From a virus (lineage: Duplodnaviria; Caudoviricetes), in the IMG/VR virus record IMGVR_UViG_3300010052_000185, positions 1 through 26,984 of that record: a stretch of DNA of 26,984 nucleotides. One strand, written 5' to 3'. This document shows positions 14,266 to 22,976 of the stretch, piece after piece; position 1 is the stretch's first letter, and each line of letters opens with the position of its first letter. Below the pieces are notes generated by a model. The model made no database searches, was not told where the DNA came from, and worked only from the letters and a program-made list of their open reading frames with translations. The position numbers and the translations under genes were made by a program.

Positions 14266-16283
14266 TCCTCAACGCCAACGCGGTCATTACTGCAGTCGAT
14301 CGGTTCTCTGGACCGGTCGGCCGCATGGCAGGTGCGCTCAACGCGCTCACGCGCGTCTCGAACCGCGCAAACGCGGTTGCCACGAGCGCCCGGCGCGCCG
14401 GCTCGGCCATGGCCGGGCCGATGGCAATGGGTCTTGGCGCGATCATCTACGGCACACAAGAATTCGAGAAAAAGGCGCTCGGTCTGCGCATCGCAAGTAT
14501 CGCGGACTCGATGGATCGCTTCGGCAATATCGACCATGGCAAGATTGCGCGTGATGCTGAGGCGATCAAGGCGTCGTCGCTCGCCACATCGACCATGCTC
14601 GGCGTGTCGCCAACCGGTCTAATCGAGGCGGCCGAAGCGGCGGCGAAAATGGGCATTGCGCTCAAGCAAGCCGATGCCATCATGAGGACGAGCGCGATCC
14701 TCAACATGATCGATCCGGATGTCGGGCATGGGACCGCTGCAGAACTGATGGGAACGTTAGGGCTGCAATTTAAAGCGCCAACCGACGCTGACGGCTATTC
14801 AAAGTGGATCGCCGCTACTGGTGACAAGATCGCAATGGTCGCAAGCGCCACGCGAACGTCCGTCTCACGCATACAGGACGGTTTAAGGCAGTTCAGCGGC
14901 GTGTTTGCCACCTTCGGCGCTAGTATCGATGAAACTGGCGCTTTGCTTGGGGGCATGGTGCAAGGCGGCCTGATGGACGAGGAGTCGGGCACGGCGCTCA
15001 AGAGCTCGGCCCTTCGGTTTATCAAGCCAACGTTCGAAGGCACTGCCGCGATGACGGCGCTTGGCATCGATCGTCGCAATTATATGGACCTGACCGGTTC
15101 GGATCCGTACCGCGCGACGAACCAGCTCATGCGTATGTTCACTGGATACATCAAAAAGGACAACAAGGCCTGGATACTTAACGAGCTCCAGAAGGCGCAG
15201 AAAGAAGGGCGCGGAGCAGATCCTGAGCACATTGATCGTATCGCAGGTTACATCAACAATCTGACGGGTGACAAAGAGACGATCGAGGATACCTATCTCA
15301 AAGTGCTCAACACGATCACGTCAGCGGGCGGAAAAGTCGACATTTTTAAGTACCTTTCCGATGTGGCCGGAATGGTGAAGGACGGAAAAATATCGGATGC
15401 GCAACTCGCGACCATCTTCGAGGGGCGCCACATTGCCCGCATGAAGACTCTCTTCAATCAGTGGGGAGAGGTGATGCGTGTTCTCGATATATCTCAGCGC
15501 GCTCAGGGGCAGGGGCTCGATGCGGCGAAGCTTGAGTATCAGCAATCAGCTTATGGTCGCTGGGAATCAGCTCTATCATCTCTACAGAGAGCGGCAATTC
15601 GCCTTCGCGAAACGGACGGGATAAACGCCGTCGTCACGAGCCTGGGCAACTTGGCGAACGCGGTGGCCTCCATGCCATCCGGCGCGATCGAAGTCATCGG
15701 TAAAACTGCGGCGGCTTTCGTTGCCCTTAGCGCTGTGGGCTGGACACTCGGCGGCGTGGCCATGGGTATATCGGCCGTGGCGGCCGCACTCGGCGCATTC
15801 GCCGCCATCCCAAGCGCACCTATTCTCGCGGTTTCAGCGGCGCTTGCGACCCTCGTCACGGCAATGACGGGATGGGAGTCGATCGCAAATGCCGCAAAGG
15901 TGCTGTCTGAAACCTTCCAAACCATCGGAAATGCGATCTCGTCCTTCATGAGTTCGATCGGTGGCGTTCTTGAGAAACTCAATCTTATGCCGAAGATCGA
16001 GAAGAGCGGCGCTGCAACCAACACCTACGATTACGGCGCGTATCGGCATGGTGTGAACCCGGACGGCACGCCGAAAGGCATGATCCGCGACATCGACCCG
16101 AATGCCGGTCCCCAGACGGTTGACGTTACGGGCCGCGTCGACGCCAACGTGCAAGGCACGGTGCAGGGCAGAGTCGACGTCGAAGTCACGGTCAAAGGTG
16201 GCGGCGAGGTCACGAAGAAGAGCGGTGGCGATCTCAAGGGATCGCTGCAGACCGGCAAGTCGATGTCGGACGCGGGGCGCTAA
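14262..16283 (+). CDS. Tail tape measure protein
   Basis: 673 aa Ala-rich helical; ITAVDRFSGP start, ESGTALKS core motif, hydrophobic C-terminal segments; synteny. Confidence 0.92.
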   Translation: MILNANAVITAVDRFSGPVGRMAGALNALTRVSNRANAVATSARRAGSAMAGPMAMGLGAIIYGTQEFEKKALGLRIASIADSMDRFGNIDHGKIARDAEAIKASSLATSTMLGVSPTGLIEAAEAAAKMGIALKQADAIMRTSAILNMIDPDVGHGTAAELMGTLGLQFKAPTDADGYSKWIAATGDKIAMVASATRTSVSRIQDGLRQFSGVFATFGASIDETGALLGGMVQGGLMDEESGTALKSSALRFIKPTFEGTAAMTALGIDRRNYMDLTGSDPYRATNQLMRMFTGYIKKDNKAWILNELQKAQKEGRGADPEHIDRIAGYINNLTGDKETIEDTYLKVLNTITSAGGKVDIFKYLSDVAGMVKDGKISDAQLATIFEGRHIARMKTLFNQWGEVMRVLDISQRAQGQGLDAAKLEYQQSAYGRWESALSSLQRAAIRLRETDGINAVVTSLGNLANAVASMPSGAIEVIGKTAAAFVALSAVGWTLGGVAMGISAVAAALGAFAAIPSAPILAVSAALATLVTAMTGWESIANAAKVLSETFQTIGNAISSFMSSIGGVLEKLNLMPKIEKSGAATNTYDYGAYRHGVNPDGTPKGMIRDIDPNAGPQTVDVTGRVDANVQGTVQGRVDVEVTVKGGGEVTKKSGGDLKGSLQTGKSMSDAGR

Positions 16284-16289
16284 GCGAAT

Positions 16290-17543
16290 ATGGTCAACTG
16301 GCTGAAAACGTGGAGGCGCGCCAGCTTCCGCGGTGCTCACTTCTGGGTCGATCGAGACCAAGTGCAGACCGGTCGACGCCTCGTCGTGCACGAATTCCCG
16401 CATCGAAACACACCCTACATCGAAGATCTCGGGCGTTCTGCCAACCGGATCAGCGTGACGGCGTACATCGCATCGGACAATCTGCTGCGTGAGGGCGATC
16501 GGCTATTTAAGGCCTGCAGCCAGGGCGGCGCTGCCACGTTGCAGTTGCCCGAGGAGCGGCTAAAAGCGCATTGCGAAAGCTGTGAGCGCGCTTGGGACAA
16601 AGACAAGCAGGGGTTTCTCGCATTCTCGCTGCAGTTCTGGCGCGAGGGCAGTGGCTCCGGCCCGTTCCCCGCGCCGTATCTGCAACGCCTGACGTTCTCC
16701 GCAGCGGCTGCGGTGACGACTGCCGTCGGCCAGTATCTTGCCGCCACGGTGTCGACTGTCGGCCGCGCTGGGTTCGTTCGTGACGCTGCAGCCGACGACA
16801 TTCGCAACATAGCTGCCGAGCTCTCTGCAGTACGTGAAGCGTTGCCGCTCGACACCGCGAAAGAGCCCGTAATCGTGCGCGCGGTGCAGGATATCTACGA
16901 CGACGCCGAAACGCTCGCCGCTATCGGTAGTGTCGGCAATGCGTTCGCGGCGGATTCCTTCGTGACGCAGCAGCGCGGCGACGAAGCTACCGCTGAGCTT
17001 GCAGAACGCATCGCAGGCGTCGTCGGCGGCATGCGGGAGTCCGCGAGCGCTAACGACGTTGCTGTTGCGCTCGCGCCCCTGACCGAACCGGCGAGCCCTG
17101 ACACTGTGGTCGCTCGAACGCTGAGCCGACGCATCCAGGTCGCGAATTCTACTGCTATCGCTCTGGCGCTGCGGCTGACGGCTCTCGCGCAGTGGGCAGT
17201 TGCGGTGACGGACATCGAATACCGCGACCGCCGGACCGCCATCCAGGCGCGCGCGGATCTCGCGGAACGCTTCGATGCTGCGCTCGAGGCGCTCGAGGGA
17301 CCGACGGCATACGCTGCCTACGTCGCTCTCTCTGAGGTTCGGGACAACGCAATTCAGTATTTCACCCGGTTGCTTACGGACCTCGCACCCGTGCAGATCT
17401 TCGAAACCTACGCATCAATGCCGTCGCTCTGGTGGGCAAACCGGCTCTATGCGGATGCAAGCCGCGCAGAGGAACTCGCAGCTCGCAATCGTGCTCTGCA
17501 CGCGTCCTTTATGCCGCTCGAAATCGAGGCTCTGGCGCGGTAG
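16290..17543 (+). CDS. Mu gpN-like DNA circularization / tail protein
   Basis: W....RRASFRG..F, GRRLVVHEFP, IEDLGR at the N-terminus; PSL..A.RLY.DASRA.EL..RN...H..FMP at the C-terminus. Confidence 0.92.
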   Translation: MVNWLKTWRRASFRGAHFWVDRDQVQTGRRLVVHEFPHRNTPYIEDLGRSANRISVTAYIASDNLLREGDRLFKACSQGGAATLQLPEERLKAHCESCERAWDKDKQGFLAFSLQFWREGSGSGPFPAPYLQRLTFSAAAAVTTAVGQYLAATVSTVGRAGFVRDAAADDIRNIAAELSAVREALPLDTAKEPVIVRAVQDIYDDAETLAAIGSVGNAFAADSFVTQQRGDEATAELAERIAGVVGGMRESASANDVAVALAPLTEPASPDTVVARTLSRRIQVANSTAIALALRLTALAQWAVAVTDIEYRDRRTAIQARADLAERFDAALEALEGPTAYAAYVALSEVRDNAIQYFTRLLTDLAPVQIFETYASMPSLWWANRLYADASRAEELAARNRALHASFMPLEIEALAR

Positions 17544-18584
17544 ATGGCGACGGAATTCGTTTCGGTCATAGCGGGCGGCTTCGAATACAGCGGCTGGACG
17601 CGATGCTCGTGGTCGGCAGCGATCGACGAAGCATGTCGTTCGTTCCAAGTGGATACAACCGAGATCCCTGGCGAATTTTCTTTCCCGCCTGGAACGCCGA
17701 TCACGCTGCTCGCGACGGGAAGCCTGATCTGCAACGGTTACGTGAACCGCTATCATTCGGGCGGCGGCGCGAAGCGCCACAGGGTGAACATCGCCGGCCG
17801 CAGTAAGGCACAGGATTTCGTCGACTCGTCGGCCGTCCATCCAACCGGGCACGCGAAGGACAAGACGGCCGGTGAATTCGCGTCGGAACTCGACAAGTTC
17901 GGCGTCGGCATCAATGCGAAGGTGCCGTTGCCGAAGATACCGATGCAACAGCTCAAGCAGGGAGAGCGCTGTTTTCGCTGCGTCGAGCGTTACCTGCGGT
18001 CGAGCGGCGCGACCCTCATGGGGGAGCCTGACGGTTCGATCTCGATCACCAACGCGTCTGTGGCGCAGCGCGCGGCCGGTGCGTTGATCGAGGGCGTCAA
18101 CATCCTCGAATGGTCCGTCGATTTCGACGACCAGAACCGCATGAGCGAATACACGGTCAAAGGCCAGAACCGCCACGGCTCGGGCGCCGAAAACCTGCGC
18201 ATCAAGGAAATGGCAAACGACGGCGGCGTTAAGCGCTATCGCCCCCGTGTCATCGTCCACGAGAGCGATACGGACAAGAGCCGGGCGCGTGATCGCGCCA
18301 ACCACGAGAAGGAACGCTGCGCAGGGAACGGCACCAAGGCGACTGTGACTGTTCAGGGATGGCGCGACGATGCCGGCAAGCTCTGGACGCCAAATACCAT
18401 CGTGTTCGTGCAGAGCCCGATCCTGATGCACCTGGTGCAGGACATGCTCATAGAGAAGGTCGATGCCGATCAGGACGACAAGAGCGGCACGACGGCCGTT
18501 CTCAGTCTCGTCGATCCGCGCGCTCATCGCGGCCAGGGCCAGAACGGCAAGGGTAGCGCCGGTTCGTGGAACGAGGGGTTCTAA
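17544..18584 (+). CDS. Baseplate hub protein (Mu gp44/gpP-like)
   Basis: G..YSGW, GRSK..D.VDSS, R.SEY.VKGQ, V.RYRP, TVQGWRD..G.LW.PN. Confidence 0.92.
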   Translation: MATEFVSVIAGGFEYSGWTRCSWSAAIDEACRSFQVDTTEIPGEFSFPPGTPITLLATGSLICNGYVNRYHSGGGAKRHRVNIAGRSKAQDFVDSSAVHPTGHAKDKTAGEFASELDKFGVGINAKVPLPKIPMQQLKQGERCFRCVERYLRSSGATLMGEPDGSISITNASVAQRAAGALIEGVNILEWSVDFDDQNRMSEYTVKGQNRHGSGAENLRIKEMANDGGVKRYRPRVIVHESDTDKSRARDRANHEKERCAGNGTKATVTVQGWRDDAGKLWTPNTIVFVQSPILMHLVQDMLIEKVDADQDDKSGTTAVLSLVDPRAHRGQGQNGKGSAGSWNEGF

Positions 18585-19313
18585 ATGCCTATCACGCGCG
18601 TACCGCACTATGCCGAGGATGAAGACGGCAGCCTTCTCTCGCATGACAAACTGCTGCGCATGAGAGAGAAGAACCGCGAGTCCAGTGATTGGACGAACCG
18701 CGTCGTGCGCAGTCTCAATCAAGGGACACAGGATTCCTTGGGTGATGACACACTGTGGGAGGGCCGTGATACGGCCCGCGATCCGGATGGCGCACCGCTT
18801 CCGAAGGACAAAGGCATCCAATGGGAAGCCGAGCGCGATGCGCCCTACATGTCCACCGACGAGTATCAGTTCAAACAACACTATCGGCCGCATTTTGCCG
18901 ACCCCGCTTCTCTCTCCACAGGCAAAACGATGAACTACGATGCCGACGTCGACATGGGTCGCAACGTCACGCGGCGCGTCGAAGTGATCGAAGTCGACGA
19001 CAGCGGGCCTATCCAGATGGTCAAGTGCATGGGCCTCGCGGACGAATACTTCGAATTGCCGTTGCGCGGACAGCCGCACGGCTTCACCGGCAATCCTCGC
19101 GTGGGTGCGATCGGTTACGTGATGATGGCGAACGGCCGCCCGGATCAGGCCTTCCTCATGGGGCTCGAGCATCCCGACGACCGCAAGAAAGACCGCGAGG
19201 CGGGCGAAACGACGATGTACGCCTCCCCTGGTCAGGAGATCAATGGCGACAAGGACGGCAACTGGGTCATCAAATCCCAGGGCGGCGGCACGGTTCATAT
19301 CAATCCGCTCTGA
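18585..19313 (+). CDS. Baseplate spike protein (Mu gp45-like) with long N-terminal extension
   Basis: C-terminal half VDDSGPIQMVK..GLADE, QPHGF..NP, GET.MY; SD GAGGGG before ATG 18585. Confidence 0.85.
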   Translation: MPITRVPHYAEDEDGSLLSHDKLLRMREKNRESSDWTNRVVRSLNQGTQDSLGDDTLWEGRDTARDPDGAPLPKDKGIQWEAERDAPYMSTDEYQFKQHYRPHFADPASLSTGKTMNYDADVDMGRNVTRRVEVIEVDDSGPIQMVKCMGLADEYFELPLRGQPHGFTGNPRVGAIGYVMMANGRPDQAFLMGLEHPDDRKKDREAGETTMYASPGQEINGDKDGNWVIKSQGGGTVHINPL

Positions 19314-19570
19314 TGCCGCTCATCGCTCGGCTGGGAGACACCAGCACACACGGCGGCGCCATCGTGACGTCCGCCAGCAAGAGCCTCTGTGAAGGCGCAC
19401 TGATTGCCCGCAAAGACGACATCCTGAACTGTCCGATCCATGGGCCCAACCCGATCGTCGGACATTCGCAGAAGATGCTCTGTGAGGGCAAGCACGTGGC
19501 TCGCCATGGAGATCTCACGGCTTGCGGCGCGGCGCTGATCTCTGGCGCCACCAAAACATATGACGAATGA
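19313..19570 (+). CDS. PAAR-domain spike tip protein (85 aa)
   Basis: Three PAAR-like repeats IARLGD, IARKDD, VARHGD with HGG, CPIHG and CGA.LI; TGATG coupled to the spike gene. Confidence 0.93.
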   Translation: MPLIARLGDTSTHGGAIVTSASKSLCEGALIARKDDILNCPIHGPNPIVGHSQKMLCEGKHVARHGDLTACGAALISGATKTYDE

Positions 19571-19576
19571 GGCCTG

Positions 19577-20179
19577 ATGCTCGTCCGTAAGCGCGACACA
19601 GAAGGGTGCGAGCGGCAGCCGCAACTCGTGTGGGACTCCGTTTGGGTTCAGAGGCTCGATGCGACTGGCGGATATGCCGACTGGATACTTGCGGGCGAAG
19701 GCGACCAAGTCGAGAGCCTGGGCGGGCTGCGAGCTGAGGCGGCACTTCATACCGCGACTCTGCTCATCCTCATGACGGACGCACGAGCGCCGGATGATCT
19801 TGATTTGGCTGGCGGCGATGACGATCGGCGCGGCTGGTGGGGCGATTCCCTGAAACTCGACGGAGAGCCCGAGCAGGCGCTGGGCTCGCTCATCTGGACG
19901 GAAGTCGAGCGCGGCATCGCCAGCGATGAAACGGCGGTCAGCGTTCGCGACTATGCGCTCGAGGCGCTCGCGGTGCTGGCCGAGCAGGGCGCAGTCGCGG
20001 AAACGCAGGTCGAGACAGAATTGCGCCAAGACCAAGGCTTTCTCGGCTTGATCGTGCGGCACTTCGATCATTCCGGCGCGCGCATCTACGACCAGCGTTT
20101 CGCGGTGCTGTGGGGTGAGACACGCCGCAACGCTCCGATGAACTTCGGCGATCAGGGGGTTTTTGCTCATGCCGTTTGA
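19577..20179 (+). CDS. Baseplate protein, Mu gp46-like
   Basis: L.TA.LI.LMTDARA, RRGWWGD, LGSLIW, YA.EALA.L. Confidence 0.92.
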   Translation: MLVRKRDTEGCERQPQLVWDSVWVQRLDATGGYADWILAGEGDQVESLGGLRAEAALHTATLLILMTDARAPDDLDLAGGDDDRRGWWGDSLKLDGEPEQALGSLIWTEVERGIASDETAVSVRDYALEALAVLAEQGAVAETQVETELRQDQGFLGLIVRHFDHSGARIYDQRFAVLWGETRRNAPMNFGDQGVFAHAV

Positions 20180-21251
20180 GACGCCGACACTGAAGGCTCT
20201 CGCTGAGCGATCCGCGCGCGCTTTCCGGTCAAACCTGAAAGGCTCGGACGCCTTTCTCTGGCCGAACAACCTGGCGGTGTCTGCCAAGGTCATAGCCGGC
20301 GCGGTTTGGGAAGCGTTCAGCTTCCTCAACTACATCTCGCGCCAGATCCTTGTTCACACCGCGACCGACCCCTATTGGATCGAGCGGCACGCCGCCGAGT
20401 ATGGCATGTCGCGCCTGCCGGCCACCTTCGCCGTCGGCAAGGCGACGATCAGCGGTGACACAAACATCACGGTTCCCGCTGGCATCATCCTGCAGCGCGC
20501 CGACGGCGTGCAATACGAGGTCACGGAGAGCGGCTCGACGAGCGGCGCTGGCAGCATCGACTTATCCGTGCGCTGTCTCACTGCGGGAAAGATCGGCAAC
20601 GCCGCATCCGGTGTCGGCCTCGCCATGACCGTGCCCATGAGCCGGCTGAACACGGCCGCTGTCGTGGCGGCGAGCGGAATTGGTGCTGGTGCCGACACGG
20701 AGAGCACGGAAAGCCTTAGGCAGCGCGTATGGTTCCGGAAGCGCATGCCGCCGCACGGTGGCGCCGTGCATGATTACGTAGCCTGGGCGCGCGAGATCAA
20801 CGGCGTGACGCGGGTGTACGTCGACCCCGTCACGGCCGACAACGGACGGTCTTCGGTCGGCGTGTGGTTTCTGATGGACACGTCCTATCCGAACGGCATC
20901 CCACAAGGCGCCGATGTGTCAGCGGTCGCCGCTTACATCGACACTGTCCGGCCGGCTGGCGCGCTTGTTGAAGTCGCGGCGCCTGTGCCTTCGCCGGTAG
21001 ATATCGAAGTCGCGCTATCGCCTGACACCGGCGCCGTCCGTGACGCCGTCCGGGCTGAAATTCTCGACATGCTCGATCGCGAAGGGCGCGTTTCGACGTC
21101 GACATCGCCATTCATCCTCTACCGATCGAAGCTGATCGAGGCGATCTCGATCGCGACCGGCGAGGACCATCACGAGCTCGTCGCGCCAGCCGATGACGTC
21201 GAATTCGCAACCGGCGAGCTACCAGTGCTCGGCACCTTGGAGTTCGCATGA
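20169..21251 (+). CDS. Baseplate J-like wedge protein (Mu gp47)
   Basis: MPFETPTL, G..GN, GAD.ES.ESLR.R, PPHGGA..DY..WA, RPAGA, LPVLG. Confidence 0.93.
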   Translation: MPFETPTLKALAERSARAFRSNLKGSDAFLWPNNLAVSAKVIAGAVWEAFSFLNYISRQILVHTATDPYWIERHAAEYGMSRLPATFAVGKATISGDTNITVPAGIILQRADGVQYEVTESGSTSGAGSIDLSVRCLTAGKIGNAASGVGLAMTVPMSRLNTAAVVAASGIGAGADTESTESLRQRVWFRKRMPPHGGAVHDYVAWAREINGVTRVYVDPVTADNGRSSVGVWFLMDTSYPNGIPQGADVSAVAAYIDTVRPAGALVEVAAPVPSPVDIEVALSPDTGAVRDAVRAEILDMLDREGRVSTSTSPFILYRSKLIEAISIATGEDHHELVAPADDVEFATGELPVLGTLEFA

Positions 21252-21973
21252 GCTGCGAAATAGCGGGCGAGCGGCCGTTCTTCTGCCCGACGAAATGGCA
21301 ACTGTGGCAGCAGATTATTTCGCTGCTTCCACGCGGCCGCGCGTGGCAAACGCACGAGCACGGCACTGAGCGCATCGTCGCGAGCGAGTCCAGCCAACTC
21401 GGTATCTACGAACTCGGCTCGACCGGGCTTGGCACCGAGCCTGTCGTCGAACGCCTTTCGGTGATGCAGCAGTTCTGGGCGGCCTACGCCGAGGTGCTTG
21501 AATATCTGCATCAGCGCGCCTGCGCCTTGCTCGAGGAATTCTTCTGTTCGACTACGCGCGAGCTTCGCATCGAATGGGGTCGCGAATATGGCTTTCCCGA
21601 CGAATGCGAGCCCTGGGACACTCTTTGCGACAAGGTGAGGTCGACGGGTGGCGCGACCTGCGCCTACCTCGCCGCGCTCGCCAGCCGCAACGGCTGGCAC
21701 GTCGAATGTCAGGATTGCGCGAACACGCGGATGGCTCTTGCCGACGCGGCCGTCGCGGACTGCACGCCTCTCGATTGTGAGTGCGAGGCGGCCGTCATTC
21801 GCATCCGCATCATCACGGAACTTAGCCCGGCATGGACGCGCCCAGTGCCGTTTAACGCAGACGCCGCTGTGGCGGACTGCACTCCTCCTTGCCCGCCTGT
21901 CCCTGACATCGTGCGCTGTCTGATCGAGCGCTGGAAACCGGCTCATGTGCGAGCCATCTATGAGGTGATCTAA
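21248..21973 (+). CDS. Baseplate wedge protein, Mu gp48 / YmfQ (DUF2313)-like, Cys-rich
   Basis: LLPRGRAW, TT.EL..EW..EYG.PD.C, C.IER.KPAH; 15 Cys. Confidence 0.88.
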   Translation: MSCEIAGERPFFCPTKWQLWQQIISLLPRGRAWQTHEHGTERIVASESSQLGIYELGSTGLGTEPVVERLSVMQQFWAAYAEVLEYLHQRACALLEEFFCSTTRELRIEWGREYGFPDECEPWDTLCDKVRSTGGATCAYLAALASRNGWHVECQDCANTRMALADAAVADCTPLDCECEAAVIRIRIITELSPAWTRPVPFNADAAVADCTPPCPPVPDIVRCLIERWKPAHVRAIYEVI

Positions 21974-22941
21974 TGCCCGGCACGAACATTTACGGTCCGC
22001 ACGGTCCTGGTATCAACGAGACGACCACGCGGCCTCCACAGACGGATTCCGAGTCCAGCGCCGACTCTTGGTTCGGCCCCTGTGTCGACAACGATCCCAA
22101 CACCGGAACGAAGATCAGCTACCGCTGGCTGAACTTCATCACCGCTAACTTGCGACGCGCGATCCGCGGCATGGGCGTGGCTGAGAACGAAGTCGATGAC
22201 GACATGCTGCTCAAGGCCATCCAGGCCGCGCAATCCAATCTCAGCCTTGCAGGCTTCCTCAACCTGCCGATCTTCCCGGAGATTCAGAACAGCAACGGCC
22301 TTCTCACGTTCGCCACGTCGACAGGGCAAGTCGTTATCAACAGCGGTCTGACGTTCCTGCATCGCGGCCACCGTCTCTACTCGACAACGAGCGACTTCGA
22401 CGCTGCGGCGCGCACGTTCGCGACCGCCCAGAGCAAGACATATCATCTTCGCTGGTACCCGCCGGGGCACGCGAACGCCAACCCCGGCACCTATCCCAAG
22501 GGCCGCTTCATGCTGCGCGATCTTGCGGACGGCTCGTACAACGCAGGCGCGGGCGCCGAAGGTCTGGAAGCGTTCGATACCGCCTACGATGACATGCTCG
22601 TCGCCCGGGTGGTCACCAACGCCGGCAACGTGCCGACGGTGACGCCGCTGGTCAACAAGCATACGCTGCAGGGCAGGTTCACCGGTTCTCTTGTAAGCGG
22701 CGGCACGCCGGTCAACGGCTTCTCGGCGCCCTGGACAGTTACGCACAACTGGGCGCGTACGCCAAAGGTGCTCGAGCGCCTTCGTCAAACCCAATTCGAG
22801 GAGGGATTTGGCGGCACCATGGATTGGGATACCTGGACTACGCTGACCACGAATACTCGATACATCTCGGCCGGCGTTTGCGGGCATGACATCGCGCGCG
22901 CTAACACGACGTTCTACGTCGATCTTCTCGCGGTTGCCTGA
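21973..22941 (+). CDS. Tail fibre / side-fibre protein 1
   Basis: N-terminal anchor-like GT.I...WLN.I..NL......DDDMLLKAI; directly after the gp48-like gene. Confidence 0.7.
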   Translation: MPGTNIYGPHGPGINETTTRPPQTDSESSADSWFGPCVDNDPNTGTKISYRWLNFITANLRRAIRGMGVAENEVDDDMLLKAIQAAQSNLSLAGFLNLPIFPEIQNSNGLLTFATSTGQVVINSGLTFLHRGHRLYSTTSDFDAAARTFATAQSKTYHLRWYPPGHANANPGTYPKGRFMLRDLADGSYNAGAGAEGLEAFDTAYDDMLVARVVTNAGNVPTVTPLVNKHTLQGRFTGSLVSGGTPVNGFSAPWTVTHNWARTPKVLERLRQTQFEEGFGGTMDWDTWTTLTTNTRYISAGVCGHDIARANTTFYVDLLAVA

Positions 22942-22976
22942 TCGCTTTCCCTCAACTTCATCACGGAGACTAGCAG

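Noticed and set aside
14700-15600. Visibly more AT-rich stretch in the tape measure gene as an inserted element
   Set aside because: The frame is continuous, no intein or intron signatures were seen, and I could not quantify the shift; at most a mosaic segment.
17415-19298. 627-aa minus-strand ORF and other long antisense ORFs (8744-9739, 9745-10812, 19295-20329, 21970-22887, 24954-25991)
   Set aside because: Antisense to well-supported genes, with no recognisable motifs; typical of high-GC codon bias.
11683-21973. Sheath/tube/spike/PAAR cluster as a T6SS, eCIS or tailocin
   Set aside because: A complete head and packaging module is contiguous with it, and there are no T6SS membrane complex or eCIS ATPase genes.
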